DNA from: an uncultured Bacteroidales bacterium
GTDB lineage: Bacteria > Bacteroidota > Bacteroidia > Bacteroidales > Muribaculaceae
NCBI GenBank assembly: GCA_900552315.1
Contig: URZM01000001.1
Coordinates: 1,104 to 65,103, forward strand
DNA: 64,000 bases
Reading direction: 5' to 3'
The first letter of the stretch is position 1. The number at the start of each line of letters is the position of its first letter. The position numbers and the translations under genes were made by a program. Shown here in pieces: positions 1 to 8,978 of the stretch. The notes under the pieces are model-generated. The model was given only the letters and a program-made list of their open reading frames with translations, was not told the origin of the DNA and did no database searches.

Positions 1-2
1 TC

Positions 3-1412
3 ATAGACCCCGACTTCAGCGAGAAGGGGTTGGGACGCATATCCATTGCCATGGACGGGACTTACATGGTGAACACCAAGGCAGCGAAACGTATAGTGCT
101 GGCGACCCCTTCCGACACGGTGTTCAGCCGCAAGGCCGACGATTCGGGGATGTACCTTTATCGTGACATGATGAGCGGAAAGACGGAGTTCTCCTATGTG
201 GTAGACCCGGACGGGTTCCGCACCCCCGGGGTATATCATCTCTATATTCCGGAGGGGACCTATACCGACACAAAGGGGAACCCCCTCGGGGCTACCACCA
301 AAGTCTATATAATAAGCGACCCGGCGCCTGCGCAGCGTATAGCCACCGTTCCTGCGCAAGGACGGGTGGAGAGCCTGGAGAGCGTCAGCTTCACCTTCGA
401 CTCGTATCCCCTGGTGCAGGCGGCCGACTCTCCCCGGGCATATCTCTACAAAGACGGGGTCTCGATGCCGGATGCCGTGCTTGCCCTGACGGTCGAGAAA
501 GACGGGGTCGTGGCCGTGAGCGTGGACCCGGCCGTCACAGCAGGCGGCCTGTACCGCATCTCCATTCCAGAGGGGGCCTTCGCCCTCCGCTTGGAGGAAG
601 GGGGCAAACCCTATGCCAGCGCTGAGGTGAACATGTATTTCGAGATTGAAGGCGGCGTCCTTCCATCGCCCCGACTGGGAGATTTCTATTACAGCGACGG
701 AAGCTGGAGCCCGTATCCTGTGGACAAGGGGGACGTCAAGCCTGTAGGAGTGCTGTTCTATGTGGGCGAGGGCACGCGCTATGGAGACAGCGCCTCGCGC
801 TATACGCTCAAAGGCACAGAGCAGCCCATGGAGGAGTTCCACGGATACGTGGTGGCCTTGCAAGACGCCACCTGGCATGACGGCGAACACCATGCGGCGG
901 CATGGAGCTTCTGGGACGGCGCAGACGTGGGATGTCACTGCTCGGAGGACGTTACCGACTTTTCAGGCTACAGCAACACTCGCGCCATATGTGACCGAGC
1001 CGAGCGCGATTTCGGCGGCCTTTCAGGCGATGACTCCAATTTCCCTGCGACCTGGTATGCCGTCTCGCGTTTCGACGAGGTGATGCCTTCCCCCGCTTCC
1101 AGCTCAGGCTGGTTCCTCCCCTCGGCCGGGCAGATGGCATATATCTATGAGAACGTGTATTTCGACCCCAACAACGGAAACGCCGACGCGCGATATGTGG
1201 AGCGCTCCCTGGGGCAGACCGGGGAGTTCGGGGGTATGCCGATGTATGACCGAGGCTCCTCCTACTGGACGAGCACCGAGGAATACGACGCGTACGGCAA
1301 GTCATACCGCGCCAAGTATTTCAGCTTCGACTCCACGGCGATACGTCCCGGATTCGTTGGCTGGGCCAACAAGGGGGGCCATTTCAGGGTACGTCCGATG
1401 CTGGCGTTCTGA
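3..1412 (+). CDS. 5'-truncated surface protein: Ig-like repeats plus C-terminal DUF1566/C-type-lectin-like (fimbrial tip-like) domain
   Basis: Frame is open from the window edge. Repeated G-x-Y-x-L/I-x-IPEG motifs, then GDFYYSDGSWS, PVGVLFYVG, HGYVVAL, SSGWFLPSAGQ, YWTSTE and terminal VRPMLAF, typical of Bacteroidales DUF1566-like domains. Confidence 0.6.
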   Translation: MDPDFSEKGLGRISIAMDGTYMVNTKAAKRIVLATPSDTVFSRKADDSGMYLYRDMMSGKTEFSYVVDPDGFRTPGVYHLYIPEGTYTDTKGNPLGATTKVYIISDPAPAQRIATVPAQGRVESLESVSFTFDSYPLVQAADSPRAYLYKDGVSMPDAVLALTVEKDGVVAVSVDPAVTAGGLYRISIPEGAFALRLEEGGKPYASAEVNMYFEIEGGVLPSPRLGDFYYSDGSWSPYPVDKGDVKPVGVLFYVGEGTRYGDSASRYTLKGTEQPMEEFHGYVVALQDATWHDGEHHAAAWSFWDGADVGCHCSEDVTDFSGYSNTRAICDRAERDFGGLSGDDSNFPATWYAVSRFDEVMPSPASSSGWFLPSAGQMAYIYENVYFDPNNGNADARYVERSLGQTGEFGGMPMYDRGSSYWTSTEEYDAYGKSYRAKYFSFDSTAIRPGFVGWANKGGHFRVRPMLAF

Positions 1413-1451
1413 CACCTCGCGGCGCCGCTTTCGGCGCAATGCCGAGCTCCG

Positions 1452-1486
1452 GCCGGGGTCGTTTCGCTTTGTGAAACGGCCCCGGC
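1452..1486 (+). terminator. GC-rich stem-loop after the first gene, probable terminator
   Basis: gccggggtcgtttc-gctttgt-gaaacggccccggc inverted repeat; U-tract is weak. Confidence 0.5.
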
Positions 1487-1564
1487 ACGGTTTTGCTCAA
1501 AAGCGAGGGGGCGCGACAAGGGGGCGGGTTTGACGCGCGTTTTGGCTGTGTGCGAGTTTTTTAT

Positions 1565-1572
1565 TAATTTTG
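1565..1572 (+). promoter_or_regulatory. Bacteroidetes sigma70 -7 element upstream of pdxA
   Basis: TAATTTTG matches TAnnTTTG, about 45 nt before the ATG. Confidence 0.55.
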
Positions 1573-1616
1573 GGGCTGCAAATTGTTTTGCAGGCAACAT
1601 TTTCATCAAGACAGTT

Positions 1617-2747
1617 ATGAGCAACCAGCGCAGCATCAGGGTCGGTATCACGCATGGCGATGTCAACGGCATCGGGTATGAGGTGATCATGAAGGCATTG
1701 GCAGACGAGATGATGACAGAGTTATGCACTCCGGTGATTTTCGGGCATCAGCCCGCGCTGATGCACTACCGCAAGTCATGCGCCATAGACCCGGCGTTCC
1801 GTTACACCAAGGTGGGCAGTGCCGCCGAGGCCAGGGAGGGGGAGGTGAACCTGGTGGAGATAGCCCCCGGGCAGGAGATCCCTTTGGAGCCTGGCAAGGC
1901 TACCCCGGAGTCCGGGCGTATCGCCCTGGAGTCGCTTGAGGCGGCGGTGCAGGCAGTGCGTGACCGCCAGGTGGACGTACTGGTGACCGCCCCTATATGC
2001 AAGGAGGCCATGAAGATGGCCGGTTTCCCTTTCCCGGGGCATACGGAGTATCTGGCGGACCGTCTTGGGGAGGGAGCTTCCCCACTGATGATCATGATGC
2101 GCGACACGCCGCCCTTGCGCGTGGCGCTGCTTACCACCCATCTGCCCGTGAGCGAGGTGCCGGGAGCGGTCAACGCAGAGTCGGTGACGGAGTGTCTGCG
2201 TACCTTGCACAACACCTTGCGCAAGGATTTCGCCATAGAGAGGCCGAAGATAGCCGTCCTCTCGCTCAATCCCCATGCCGGTGACGGAGGCGTCATAGGC
2301 ACCGAGGACAAAGATGTGATAGCCCCGGCCATAGAGCAGGCCTACCAACGGCGCATCCTCGCTTTCGGCCCATACGCCGCCGACGGCTTTTTCGGGTCCG
2401 GAAAGCATGAGCGGTTCGACGCCGTGCTGGCCATGTACCATGACCAGGGTCTTATCCCGTTCAAGCTCCTGGCCATGGAGCATGGAGTGAATTTCACAGC
2501 CGGGCTGCCGGTGGTTCGCACCTCGCCCGACCACGGCACCGGGTATGACATAGCCGGCAAGGGGGAGGCCGACGCCACGTCCATGCGTGAGGCCATATAC
2601 GCCGCCATAGACTTGCACCGCCGCCGCTGGACCTATATACGCTCTCGCTCCAATCCGCTGAAGAAGCAGTATGTGGACCGCAGTGGAGACAAGGAGGTGC
2701 TGGACCTCACGAAGGATGACAACACTCCGGACGAAATCTTATTGTAG
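1617..2747 (+). CDS. pdxA: 4-hydroxythreonine-4-phosphate dehydrogenase
   Basis: ITHGDVNGIGYE, LVTAPICK, FPGHTEYL, LNPHAGDGG, AMYHDQGL and RTSPDHGT motifs; ATG at 1617. Confidence 0.95.
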   Translation: MSNQRSIRVGITHGDVNGIGYEVIMKALADEMMTELCTPVIFGHQPALMHYRKSCAIDPAFRYTKVGSAAEAREGEVNLVEIAPGQEIPLEPGKATPESGRIALESLEAAVQAVRDRQVDVLVTAPICKEAMKMAGFPFPGHTEYLADRLGEGASPLMIMMRDTPPLRVALLTTHLPVSEVPGAVNAESVTECLRTLHNTLRKDFAIERPKIAVLSLNPHAGDGGVIGTEDKDVIAPAIEQAYQRRILAFGPYAADGFFGSGKHERFDAVLAMYHDQGLIPFKLLAMEHGVNFTAGLPVVRTSPDHGTGYDIAGKGEADATSMREAIYAAIDLHRRRWTYIRSRSNPLKKQYVDRSGDKEVLDLTKDDNTPDEILL

Positions 2748-2777
2748 GACAACGATATAATACCCCTATACACGGAG

Positions 2778-3527
2778 ATGCATTACGGCATAATAGCGGC
2801 AGGCGACGGCAGCAGGCTCGTACAGGAGGGCGTGGAGAGACCCAAACCCTTGGTGGAGCTGTGCGGCAAGCCCATGATAGGGCGCCTGATAGACATATTC
2901 ATGGATTGCGGAGCGGAGAGCGTCTCTGTCATAGTCAACGAGCGGATGAGTCAGGTGCGAGACTACCTGGAACACAGGGCGGCCCTCAGCCCGGCGCCAT
3001 TGCGCGTGGTGGTGAAGAGCACCCCCAGCTCCATGCACTCGTTCCGGGAGCTGGCGCGGGTCATGGGACGTGACGGCAGGTTCGTCCTGACCACCGTCGA
3101 CACCATATTCCGTCCGGACGAGTTCGCTGCATACGTGCGCGAGTTCAGCGAGGCTCCCTCCGAGGTGGACGCTCTGATGGCGGTGACCGGATATGTGGAC
3201 GACGAGAAACCGCTCTACGTCTGCACTGACGCGCGGATGCACGTGAGCGCCTTCCTGGACGAGGCCCCGGACGGCCCCTTCTATGTGTCGGGCGGCATTT
3301 ACGGGCTTGACTCCAAGGCGTTCGATGTCCTGGAGCGGTGCGTGGAGCGCGGCGTGAGCCGTATGCGCAATTTCCAGAGGGCGCTGCTCGAGGAGGGCCT
3401 GGACGTGCGTGCGCGCCTGTTCGACAAGATTATAGATGTGGATCATGCCGACGACATAGCGAAGGCCCGGGCCTTCGTGTGTGATGGAGGCAAAAATGAC
3501 AACCCGCAGCAGATATGTCAGAGATAA
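2778..3527 (+). CDS. NTP-transferase family nucleotidyltransferase, probable inositol-1-phosphate cytidylyltransferase-like
   Basis: GIIAAGDGSRL...PKPLV N-terminal motif and C-terminal IDVD; lies in the inositol-lipid cluster. Confidence 0.8.
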   Translation: MHYGIIAAGDGSRLVQEGVERPKPLVELCGKPMIGRLIDIFMDCGAESVSVIVNERMSQVRDYLEHRAALSPAPLRVVVKSTPSSMHSFRELARVMGRDGRFVLTTVDTIFRPDEFAAYVREFSEAPSEVDALMAVTGYVDDEKPLYVCTDARMHVSAFLDEAPDGPFYVSGGIYGLDSKAFDVLERCVERGVSRMRNFQRALLEEGLDVRARLFDKIIDVDHADDIAKARAFVCDGGKNDNPQQICQR

Positions 3528-4381
3528 AGATTGCGGGCGTGATGCGCGCAGGCGCGTATTCGCCCAACCACATAGGCAACGACGCCAACATATTCAATGC
3601 CACGGCAGAGCAGCTGAGACGCAGGGGGTATGTGGTGAACATATACAGCGAGGAGCAGTTCAGGCGCGGCATCATGGGTGAGCCGGTGATTCTGAACATG
3701 TGCAGGGAGGCATCCTCCATCGGCCTGCTTCAGAAATATGAGGACGAGGGCAAACTCGTGATCAATTCCGGCTATGGCATAGAGAACTGCACGCGCGAGC
3801 GCATGACCCGATTGCTTATGAGCCACGGGATACCGTACCCCGAGAGCCTGATAGTCAACACCAACGAGGCTGTGATTTCGGAACTGAAGAGGGCCGGCAT
3901 GGACGCCTGCTGGGTCAAGCGCGGTGATTTCCACGCCATGCACAAGGAGGACGTGAGCTACTGTCGCCATCCGCAGGAGGCGCAGGACGTGCTGCAGGAG
4001 TATTTCTACCGTGGCATAAACCGTGCCGTGATAAACAGGCACCTGAAAGGCGACCTGGTGAAGTTCTACGGCATAGCGGGCACAGACTTCTTCTACAGCT
4101 TCTATCCGTTCTTCGGTCATAACGAGAAGTTCGGCCTGGACGCCGTGAACGGGCAGCCCCACGGGGTGCCCTACGACGAGCAGGCGCTCCGCGACACGTG
4201 CGAGAAGGCGGCTGAGCTGCTCGACGTGGTGGTGTATGGAGGCGACTGCATCATAGACAAGGACGGCTCGTTTTCCATAATAGATTTCAATGACTGGCCT
4301 TCCTTCGCCCCCTGCCGCAAGGAGGCGAGCGTGCGGATAGCCCGGTGTGTCATAAGCCGCATCAAGGCGTTTTTCAAATAA
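3515..4381 (+). CDS. ATP-grasp fold protein, possibly an ITPK1-like inositol-phosphate kinase
   Basis: WVKRGDFHA, DLVKFYG and YGGDCII...IIDFNDWPSF ATP-grasp motifs; overlaps the upstream gene. Confidence 0.65.
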   Translation: MSEIKIAGVMRAGAYSPNHIGNDANIFNATAEQLRRRGYVVNIYSEEQFRRGIMGEPVILNMCREASSIGLLQKYEDEGKLVINSGYGIENCTRERMTRLLMSHGIPYPESLIVNTNEAVISELKRAGMDACWVKRGDFHAMHKEDVSYCRHPQEAQDVLQEYFYRGINRAVINRHLKGDLVKFYGIAGTDFFYSFYPFFGHNEKFGLDAVNGQPHGVPYDEQALRDTCEKAAELLDVVVYGGDCIIDKDGSFSIIDFNDWPSFAPCRKEASVRIARCVISRIKAFFK

Positions 4382-4389
4382 GTTTGCCG

Positions 4390-4902
4390 ATGAAATCACG
4401 AAGACCGATACCTATAACTGACGAAAAGTTCCCGCTGCTCCCTAAGCTGATAGCCACCTCCTGCCTGGTGGGCTACCTGCCTTGGATGCCGGGCACCTGG
4501 GGCGCGCTCCTGGCAGTGCTGCTGTGGCTCCCCTTGTATCTGTGGACCCCTCTGGCCGTATGCCTCTCCGTGACCCTGCTTGCCACCCTGGCGCTCACGG
4601 TGGCGGGCACCTGGGCCAGCACCGTCTCCGAGAGGTACTGGGGCAAGGACCCCGTGGCGGCATGCGCCGACGAGACTGTGGGGCAGTGGATAGCAATGCT
4701 CCCCCTCTGCGGAGGCCCCGGAGTGTCGCCATGGTGGCTCATAGCCGTCAGCTTCGTGCTGTTCCGCGCTTTCGACATAGTCAAGCCCTTCGGCATACGC
4801 AAGCTCGAGAAGCTCCCCGGCGGCTACGGCATGATGGCCGACGACATAGCGGCAGGGCTGCTCGCCGCTCTCATAACCTTCGGAATAAACCTGGCGCTGT
4901 GA
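4390..4902 (+). CDS. pgpA: Phosphatidylglycerophosphatase A family lipid phosphatase
   Basis: PGTWG, KDP...DETVGQ, FRAFDIVKP and GYGMMADDIAAG motifs. Confidence 0.9.
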   Translation: MKSRRPIPITDEKFPLLPKLIATSCLVGYLPWMPGTWGALLAVLLWLPLYLWTPLAVCLSVTLLATLALTVAGTWASTVSERYWGKDPVAACADETVGQWIAMLPLCGGPGVSPWWLIAVSFVLFRAFDIVKPFGIRKLEKLPGGYGMMADDIAAGLLAALITFGINLAL

Positions 4903-5432
4903 TGGGCAAGATAGGAAGCATAAAGACCAAAGTGCTCAAGAGCGACGCCGTGGGCTTCGAGTTCCTGCGCTCCATAGTCTCCTCGCAGGCCGCCTCCTGG
5001 ATAGACATGCTCATGAGCTTCGCCTTTTTTGCGTGGCTCGGCATAGACCCTTGGCTCGCCACCCTGTGCGGGGCCTTCGCAGGCGGGGTCACGAACTGCG
5101 TCATAAACTACAAGTTCACTTTCCATGCCTCCGGGCTGCCCTGGAAAGCCGTGGCCGTAAAGTATTTCATGGTGTGGATGGGCAGCGTGGTGTTCAACTC
5201 TGTGGGCACAGACGTGTTTTACCATCTGCTCATGGACTGGGAGTGGCTCCATAGCCGGGTCGACTCGCCGGACGCCATTTTCGCTGCGGTGCGTCTGCTC
5301 GTCTCCCTGGTGGTGTCCCTGGCCTGGAACTTTGTCATGCAGCGCAATTTCGTGTACCGCCCCTCGAGATTCGACCAGACCGCCATCGCCGTCATGAACT
5401 TTTTCATAATCAAGTCTCCGTCCCAAAAATAA
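4902..5432 (+). CDS. GtrA-like small membrane protein (putative flippase)
   Basis: Four hydrophobic segments, NYKFTF and WNFVMQRNFVY; TGATG overlap with pgpA. Confidence 0.8.
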   Translation: MGKIGSIKTKVLKSDAVGFEFLRSIVSSQAASWIDMLMSFAFFAWLGIDPWLATLCGAFAGGVTNCVINYKFTFHASGLPWKAVAVKYFMVWMGSVVFNSVGTDVFYHLLMDWEWLHSRVDSPDAIFAAVRLLVSLVVSLAWNFVMQRNFVYRPSRFDQTAIAVMNFFIIKSPSQK

Positions 5433-5442
5433 ATTTTGCATA

Positions 5443-6165
5443 ATGATGAATATAAAACATAGGTCGAAAGAAAAGCGTGACGCCATGCAGCTCGGCATCT
5501 ACAAGATAATCAACCCCCTGGTCAAAGGCCTGATAAAGTGCGGGTTCACCCCCAACATGGTCACGACCATCGGATTCTTCGGCCAGATACTGGCCGCCGC
5601 AGTCATAATCTGGGCGGCATGTATAAGCCGCAACGGCGCGCATGTGAATTACTATATGGTGCTCCTCTCGAGCCTTCTTGTCATTGGCTTCTCCCTGTTC
5701 GACATGCTTGACGGGCAGGTGGCGCGCCTGGGCAACATGGCCACGCGCTTCGGGGCCATGTACGACTCTCTGCTGGACCGTTACTGCGAGTTCGCCACGC
5801 TCGGGGGCATCTGCTTCTACCTGTTCAAGTGCAACCACCTCACCGGCGCGCTGCTCACTTTCCTGGCCCTTATGGGCTCAATCATGGTGAGCTACGTCAG
5901 GGCGCGCGCCGAGGGCCTGGGCATAGAGTGCAAGATGGGGTTCATGCAGCGCCCCGAAAGGGTCGTGCTCACCACCGTGGCCCTGTTCGCCACAGGCGTC
6001 ACAGGCTGCATCGTGGGCAATGACTCCTCTTTCGACCCCAATTTCATACTTATTTTCGCCATGGGCTTCCTGGCCCTGTTCGCCAACATGACGGCCATAG
6101 CGCGCATAAACCACTGCCGCAAGGCCATGGAGGAACGTGAGCGCCGGGAGAAAAACGCCGGATGA
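5443..6165 (+). CDS. CDP-alcohol phosphatidyltransferase (PIP synthase-like)
   Basis: TPNMVT, DMLDGQVAR...GAMYDSLLDRY signature, SYVRARAE and GFMQRPER. Confidence 0.9.
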   Translation: MMNIKHRSKEKRDAMQLGIYKIINPLVKGLIKCGFTPNMVTTIGFFGQILAAAVIIWAACISRNGAHVNYYMVLLSSLLVIGFSLFDMLDGQVARLGNMATRFGAMYDSLLDRYCEFATLGGICFYLFKCNHLTGALLTFLALMGSIMVSYVRARAEGLGIECKMGFMQRPERVVLTTVALFATGVTGCIVGNDSSFDPNFILIFAMGFLALFANMTAIARINHCRKAMEERERREKNAG

Positions 6166-7109
6166 CCATGAGAAGAGGATGGACCGCGCCTCCTGTGCGC
6201 GAGGCTGTGATATGCGTGGGCGGACTGGCGCTGTGGCTCTTGGTCACGGCTCTGTTCATAGGTTTCCGCCCGGAACATATATTGCTGGCATTGCTGGTGG
6301 CAGGCCTGTTTTTCGTCACCCCCGGCTCCCGCAGGCTCGTGGTGGCGTTGCTGCCCTTCGTGGTCTTCGGCGTCAGTTACGACTGGATGAACCTCTGCCC
6401 CAACTACGAGGTGAACGCCGTAGACGTGCGTGGCATCTACGAGGCGGAAAAGGCGCTGTTCGGCATCGGCCCGCTCACCCCTAACGAGTTCTTCGCCATC
6501 CATGACAGCGCCGTTATGGATTTCCTGGCCGGAATCTTCTACCTGTGCTGGGTGCCGCTGCCCATCTTCTACGGCCTATGGCTGCTGGCCACCGGCAACA
6601 GGGGAGGCTATCTGCATTTCGCCCTGGTGTTCCTGCTGGTGAACCTCATCGGCTTCGCGCTCTACTATGTATACCCCGCCGCCCCCCCTTGGTACATACC
6701 GCTCCACGGCTTCGACGCCGTGCCGGGCACCCCGGGAGACGTGGCCGGTCTCGGCGCTTTCGACGCCATGACAGGCACCGGCATATTCCATGGGCTGTAC
6801 GCGCGCAACGCCAACGTGTTCGCCGCCTTCCCCTCCCTCCACTCCGCATACACCCTGGTGGCGCTCATCTACGCCTTCCGCAACCGCAACTCCTTGGCCT
6901 GGAAGGCTGTGCTCGCCGTTGTGACCCTCGGCATCTGGTTCACTGCGGTATATACCTCGCACCACTATGTGATAGACGTGCTCGGAGGAATCATGTGCGC
7001 TTTCGCCGGCTATTTCTTCTTCGAGGCCCTGCTCATGCGCATCCCCGCTTTCAGGCGCTGGATCGGCAGGTATGAACATTACATCACCCCGCATCGGGAC
7101 AACAAGTGA
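6162..7109 (+). CDS. AUR1/PAP2-family inositol phosphorylceramide synthase-like protein
   Basis: YPAAPPWY, FAAFPSLHSA and HHYVIDV catalytic motifs. Confidence 0.85.
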   Translation: MTMRRGWTAPPVREAVICVGGLALWLLVTALFIGFRPEHILLALLVAGLFFVTPGSRRLVVALLPFVVFGVSYDWMNLCPNYEVNAVDVRGIYEAEKALFGIGPLTPNEFFAIHDSAVMDFLAGIFYLCWVPLPIFYGLWLLATGNRGGYLHFALVFLLVNLIGFALYYVYPAAPPWYIPLHGFDAVPGTPGDVAGLGAFDAMTGTGIFHGLYARNANVFAAFPSLHSAYTLVALIYAFRNRNSLAWKAVLAVVTLGIWFTAVYTSHHYVIDVLGGIMCAFAGYFFFEALLMRIPAFRRWIGRYEHYITPHRDNK

Positions 7110-8008
7110 CCATCATGCAGACAGACAAAGATAAACCCGTGAAGGCTGACCCGGCTTTCCCCACAGTCGAGAATCCCGGCGAGATACGTCCGGAGGTGCT
7201 CAATTACGATGACATACGCCAGATGGTGCCCAAGTTCGACGGGCACGGGAAGCTGGTGAATTTCCTGCTGCGATTCCTGCAGGTGGACGAGGTGAACGCC
7301 GTCCACTCACGCTGGTGCGACACACCCGGCCCTGAGTTCGTGCGCCGCATGATGGAGGAGGATTTCAAGATAAGGCTGCGCGTAGACGGTCAGGAGGTGC
7401 TCGACAACCTTCCCGAGGGCGCTTTCGTCACCGTGAGCAACCACCCTTTCGGGGCCCTGGACGGCATATCCCTTATATACCTCATCACGCGTCACCGCCC
7501 TGATTTCCGCGTCATGGTGAACATGATTCTCAACAAGATCACCGCCATGCGCCCCAATTTCATAGCCGTGAACGCATGGGGAGCCAAGTCGCCCGAGGCG
7601 CGCCGCGTGTCTATGCAGGGCGTGCGCCAGGCCATCACGATGCTCAAGACCGGCCATCCGGTGGGCTTCTTCCCGGCCGGCACCATGAGCAAGACCGACT
7701 GGCACGGCCGTCTGCAAGACGGCCCCTGGCAACCCACGGTCATGCAGATAATACAGCGGGCCAAGGTGCCCGTCATCCCGGTCTTCTTCCATGGCTCCAA
7801 CTCCTGGTGGTTCAATTTCCTGGGACACGCCTGCTGGCCCGCACGTTCCCTGCGACTCCCCGCCGAGGTGTTCCGCAAGCGTGGCAAGACACTGCATGTG
7901 AGCGTGGGGCAGCCAGTGAGCGTGGAGGAACAGTCGGTGGCACACACCCCCGACGAGCTTGGAAAACTGTTGCGTGAGCGCACCTATGCCTTGCGTACCT
8001 TGAAATGA
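7106..8008 (+). CDS. Lysophospholipid/glycerol acyltransferase family protein
   Basis: SNHPFGALDG (HX4D) and FFPAG motifs. Confidence 0.85.
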   Translation: MTIMQTDKDKPVKADPAFPTVENPGEIRPEVLNYDDIRQMVPKFDGHGKLVNFLLRFLQVDEVNAVHSRWCDTPGPEFVRRMMEEDFKIRLRVDGQEVLDNLPEGAFVTVSNHPFGALDGISLIYLITRHRPDFRVMVNMILNKITAMRPNFIAVNAWGAKSPEARRVSMQGVRQAITMLKTGHPVGFFPAGTMSKTDWHGRLQDGPWQPTVMQIIQRAKVPVIPVFFHGSNSWWFNFLGHACWPARSLRLPAEVFRKRGKTLHVSVGQPVSVEEQSVAHTPDELGKLLRERTYALRTLK

Positions 8009-8017
8009 TTACCCGAC

Positions 8018-8971
8018 ATGAACTCAGACAAGACCTCTGCCTACAGGCAGTCCCTCAAGAGCTCCGACACGGAGGAGTGGTTCGACCTCATCTTCTACCG
8101 CCGCATAGGATACGCATGGGCGCTCCTGGCCAAGAAGCTCGGCGTTACCCCCAACGTCATAACCATAGCCTCCATCTTTCTGGGCGTGGGCGCCGGAGTG
8201 CTCTTCTACTACGACAACATCTGGCTCAACGTGGCCGGGATGCTGTTGCTGGTGTGGGCCAACTCCTTCGACTCGGCCGACGGGCAGCTCGCGCGCCTCA
8301 CGGGGCAGTATTCGCGTCTGGGACGTATCCTGGACGGAGTAAGCGGCGACCTGTGGTTCATATCCATCTACATCTGCATCTGCCTGCGCGAGTGCGCCGC
8401 CCGAGGATTCTTCGGCCACCATCATTGGGCCATCTGGGCGTTGGCCGCAACGGCCGGCGTATGCCATTCCTTGCAGGCTGCCCAGGCTGACTATTACAGG
8501 CAGTTCCACCTCTTCTTCCTGAAAGGCAAGGACGGGTCTGAACTGGACTCTTCGGCTCCCCTAAGGCAGAAATACGCCTCCATGAGCTGGCGCGAGAACC
8601 TCTTCAGCAAACTGGTGTTGATGTTTTATATAGGTTACACCTCCTCGCAGGAGAGACGCACCCCCTCCATGCAGGCCCTCAGGAAAGCGCTCAGGCAGCG
8701 CTTCGGTGACGGCGAAGCCTTCTTCCTCCCGCAGGAAAAAGCGGTCCGCCGTACAGCCCGCGACGGCCAGGGCCTGCTCATGAAGTACACCAACATACTC
8801 TCCTTCAACACCCGGTGCTTCGCGCTCTTCATATCCCTGGCGGTGGGCATGCCTTGGCTGTATTTTCTCTTCGAGCTTACGGTGCTTAACGCACTGCTTG
8901 TATACATGGTATGGAGCCACGAGCGCATATGCCGGCGTTTCACCGCCGCCTTGCGCCAAGGACGTTATTGA
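8018..8971 (+). CDS. Second CDP-alcohol phosphatidyltransferase
   Basis: TPNVIT and DSADGQLARLTG...GRILDGVSGD signature. Confidence 0.88.
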   Translation: MNSDKTSAYRQSLKSSDTEEWFDLIFYRRIGYAWALLAKKLGVTPNVITIASIFLGVGAGVLFYYDNIWLNVAGMLLLVWANSFDSADGQLARLTGQYSRLGRILDGVSGDLWFISIYICICLRECAARGFFGHHHWAIWALAATAGVCHSLQAAQADYYRQFHLFFLKGKDGSELDSSAPLRQKYASMSWRENLFSKLVLMFYIGYTSSQERRTPSMQALRKALRQRFGDGEAFFLPQEKAVRRTARDGQGLLMKYTNILSFNTRCFALFISLAVGMPWLYFLFELTVLNALLVYMVWSHERICRRFTAALRQGRY

Positions 8972-8978
8972 GATTATT

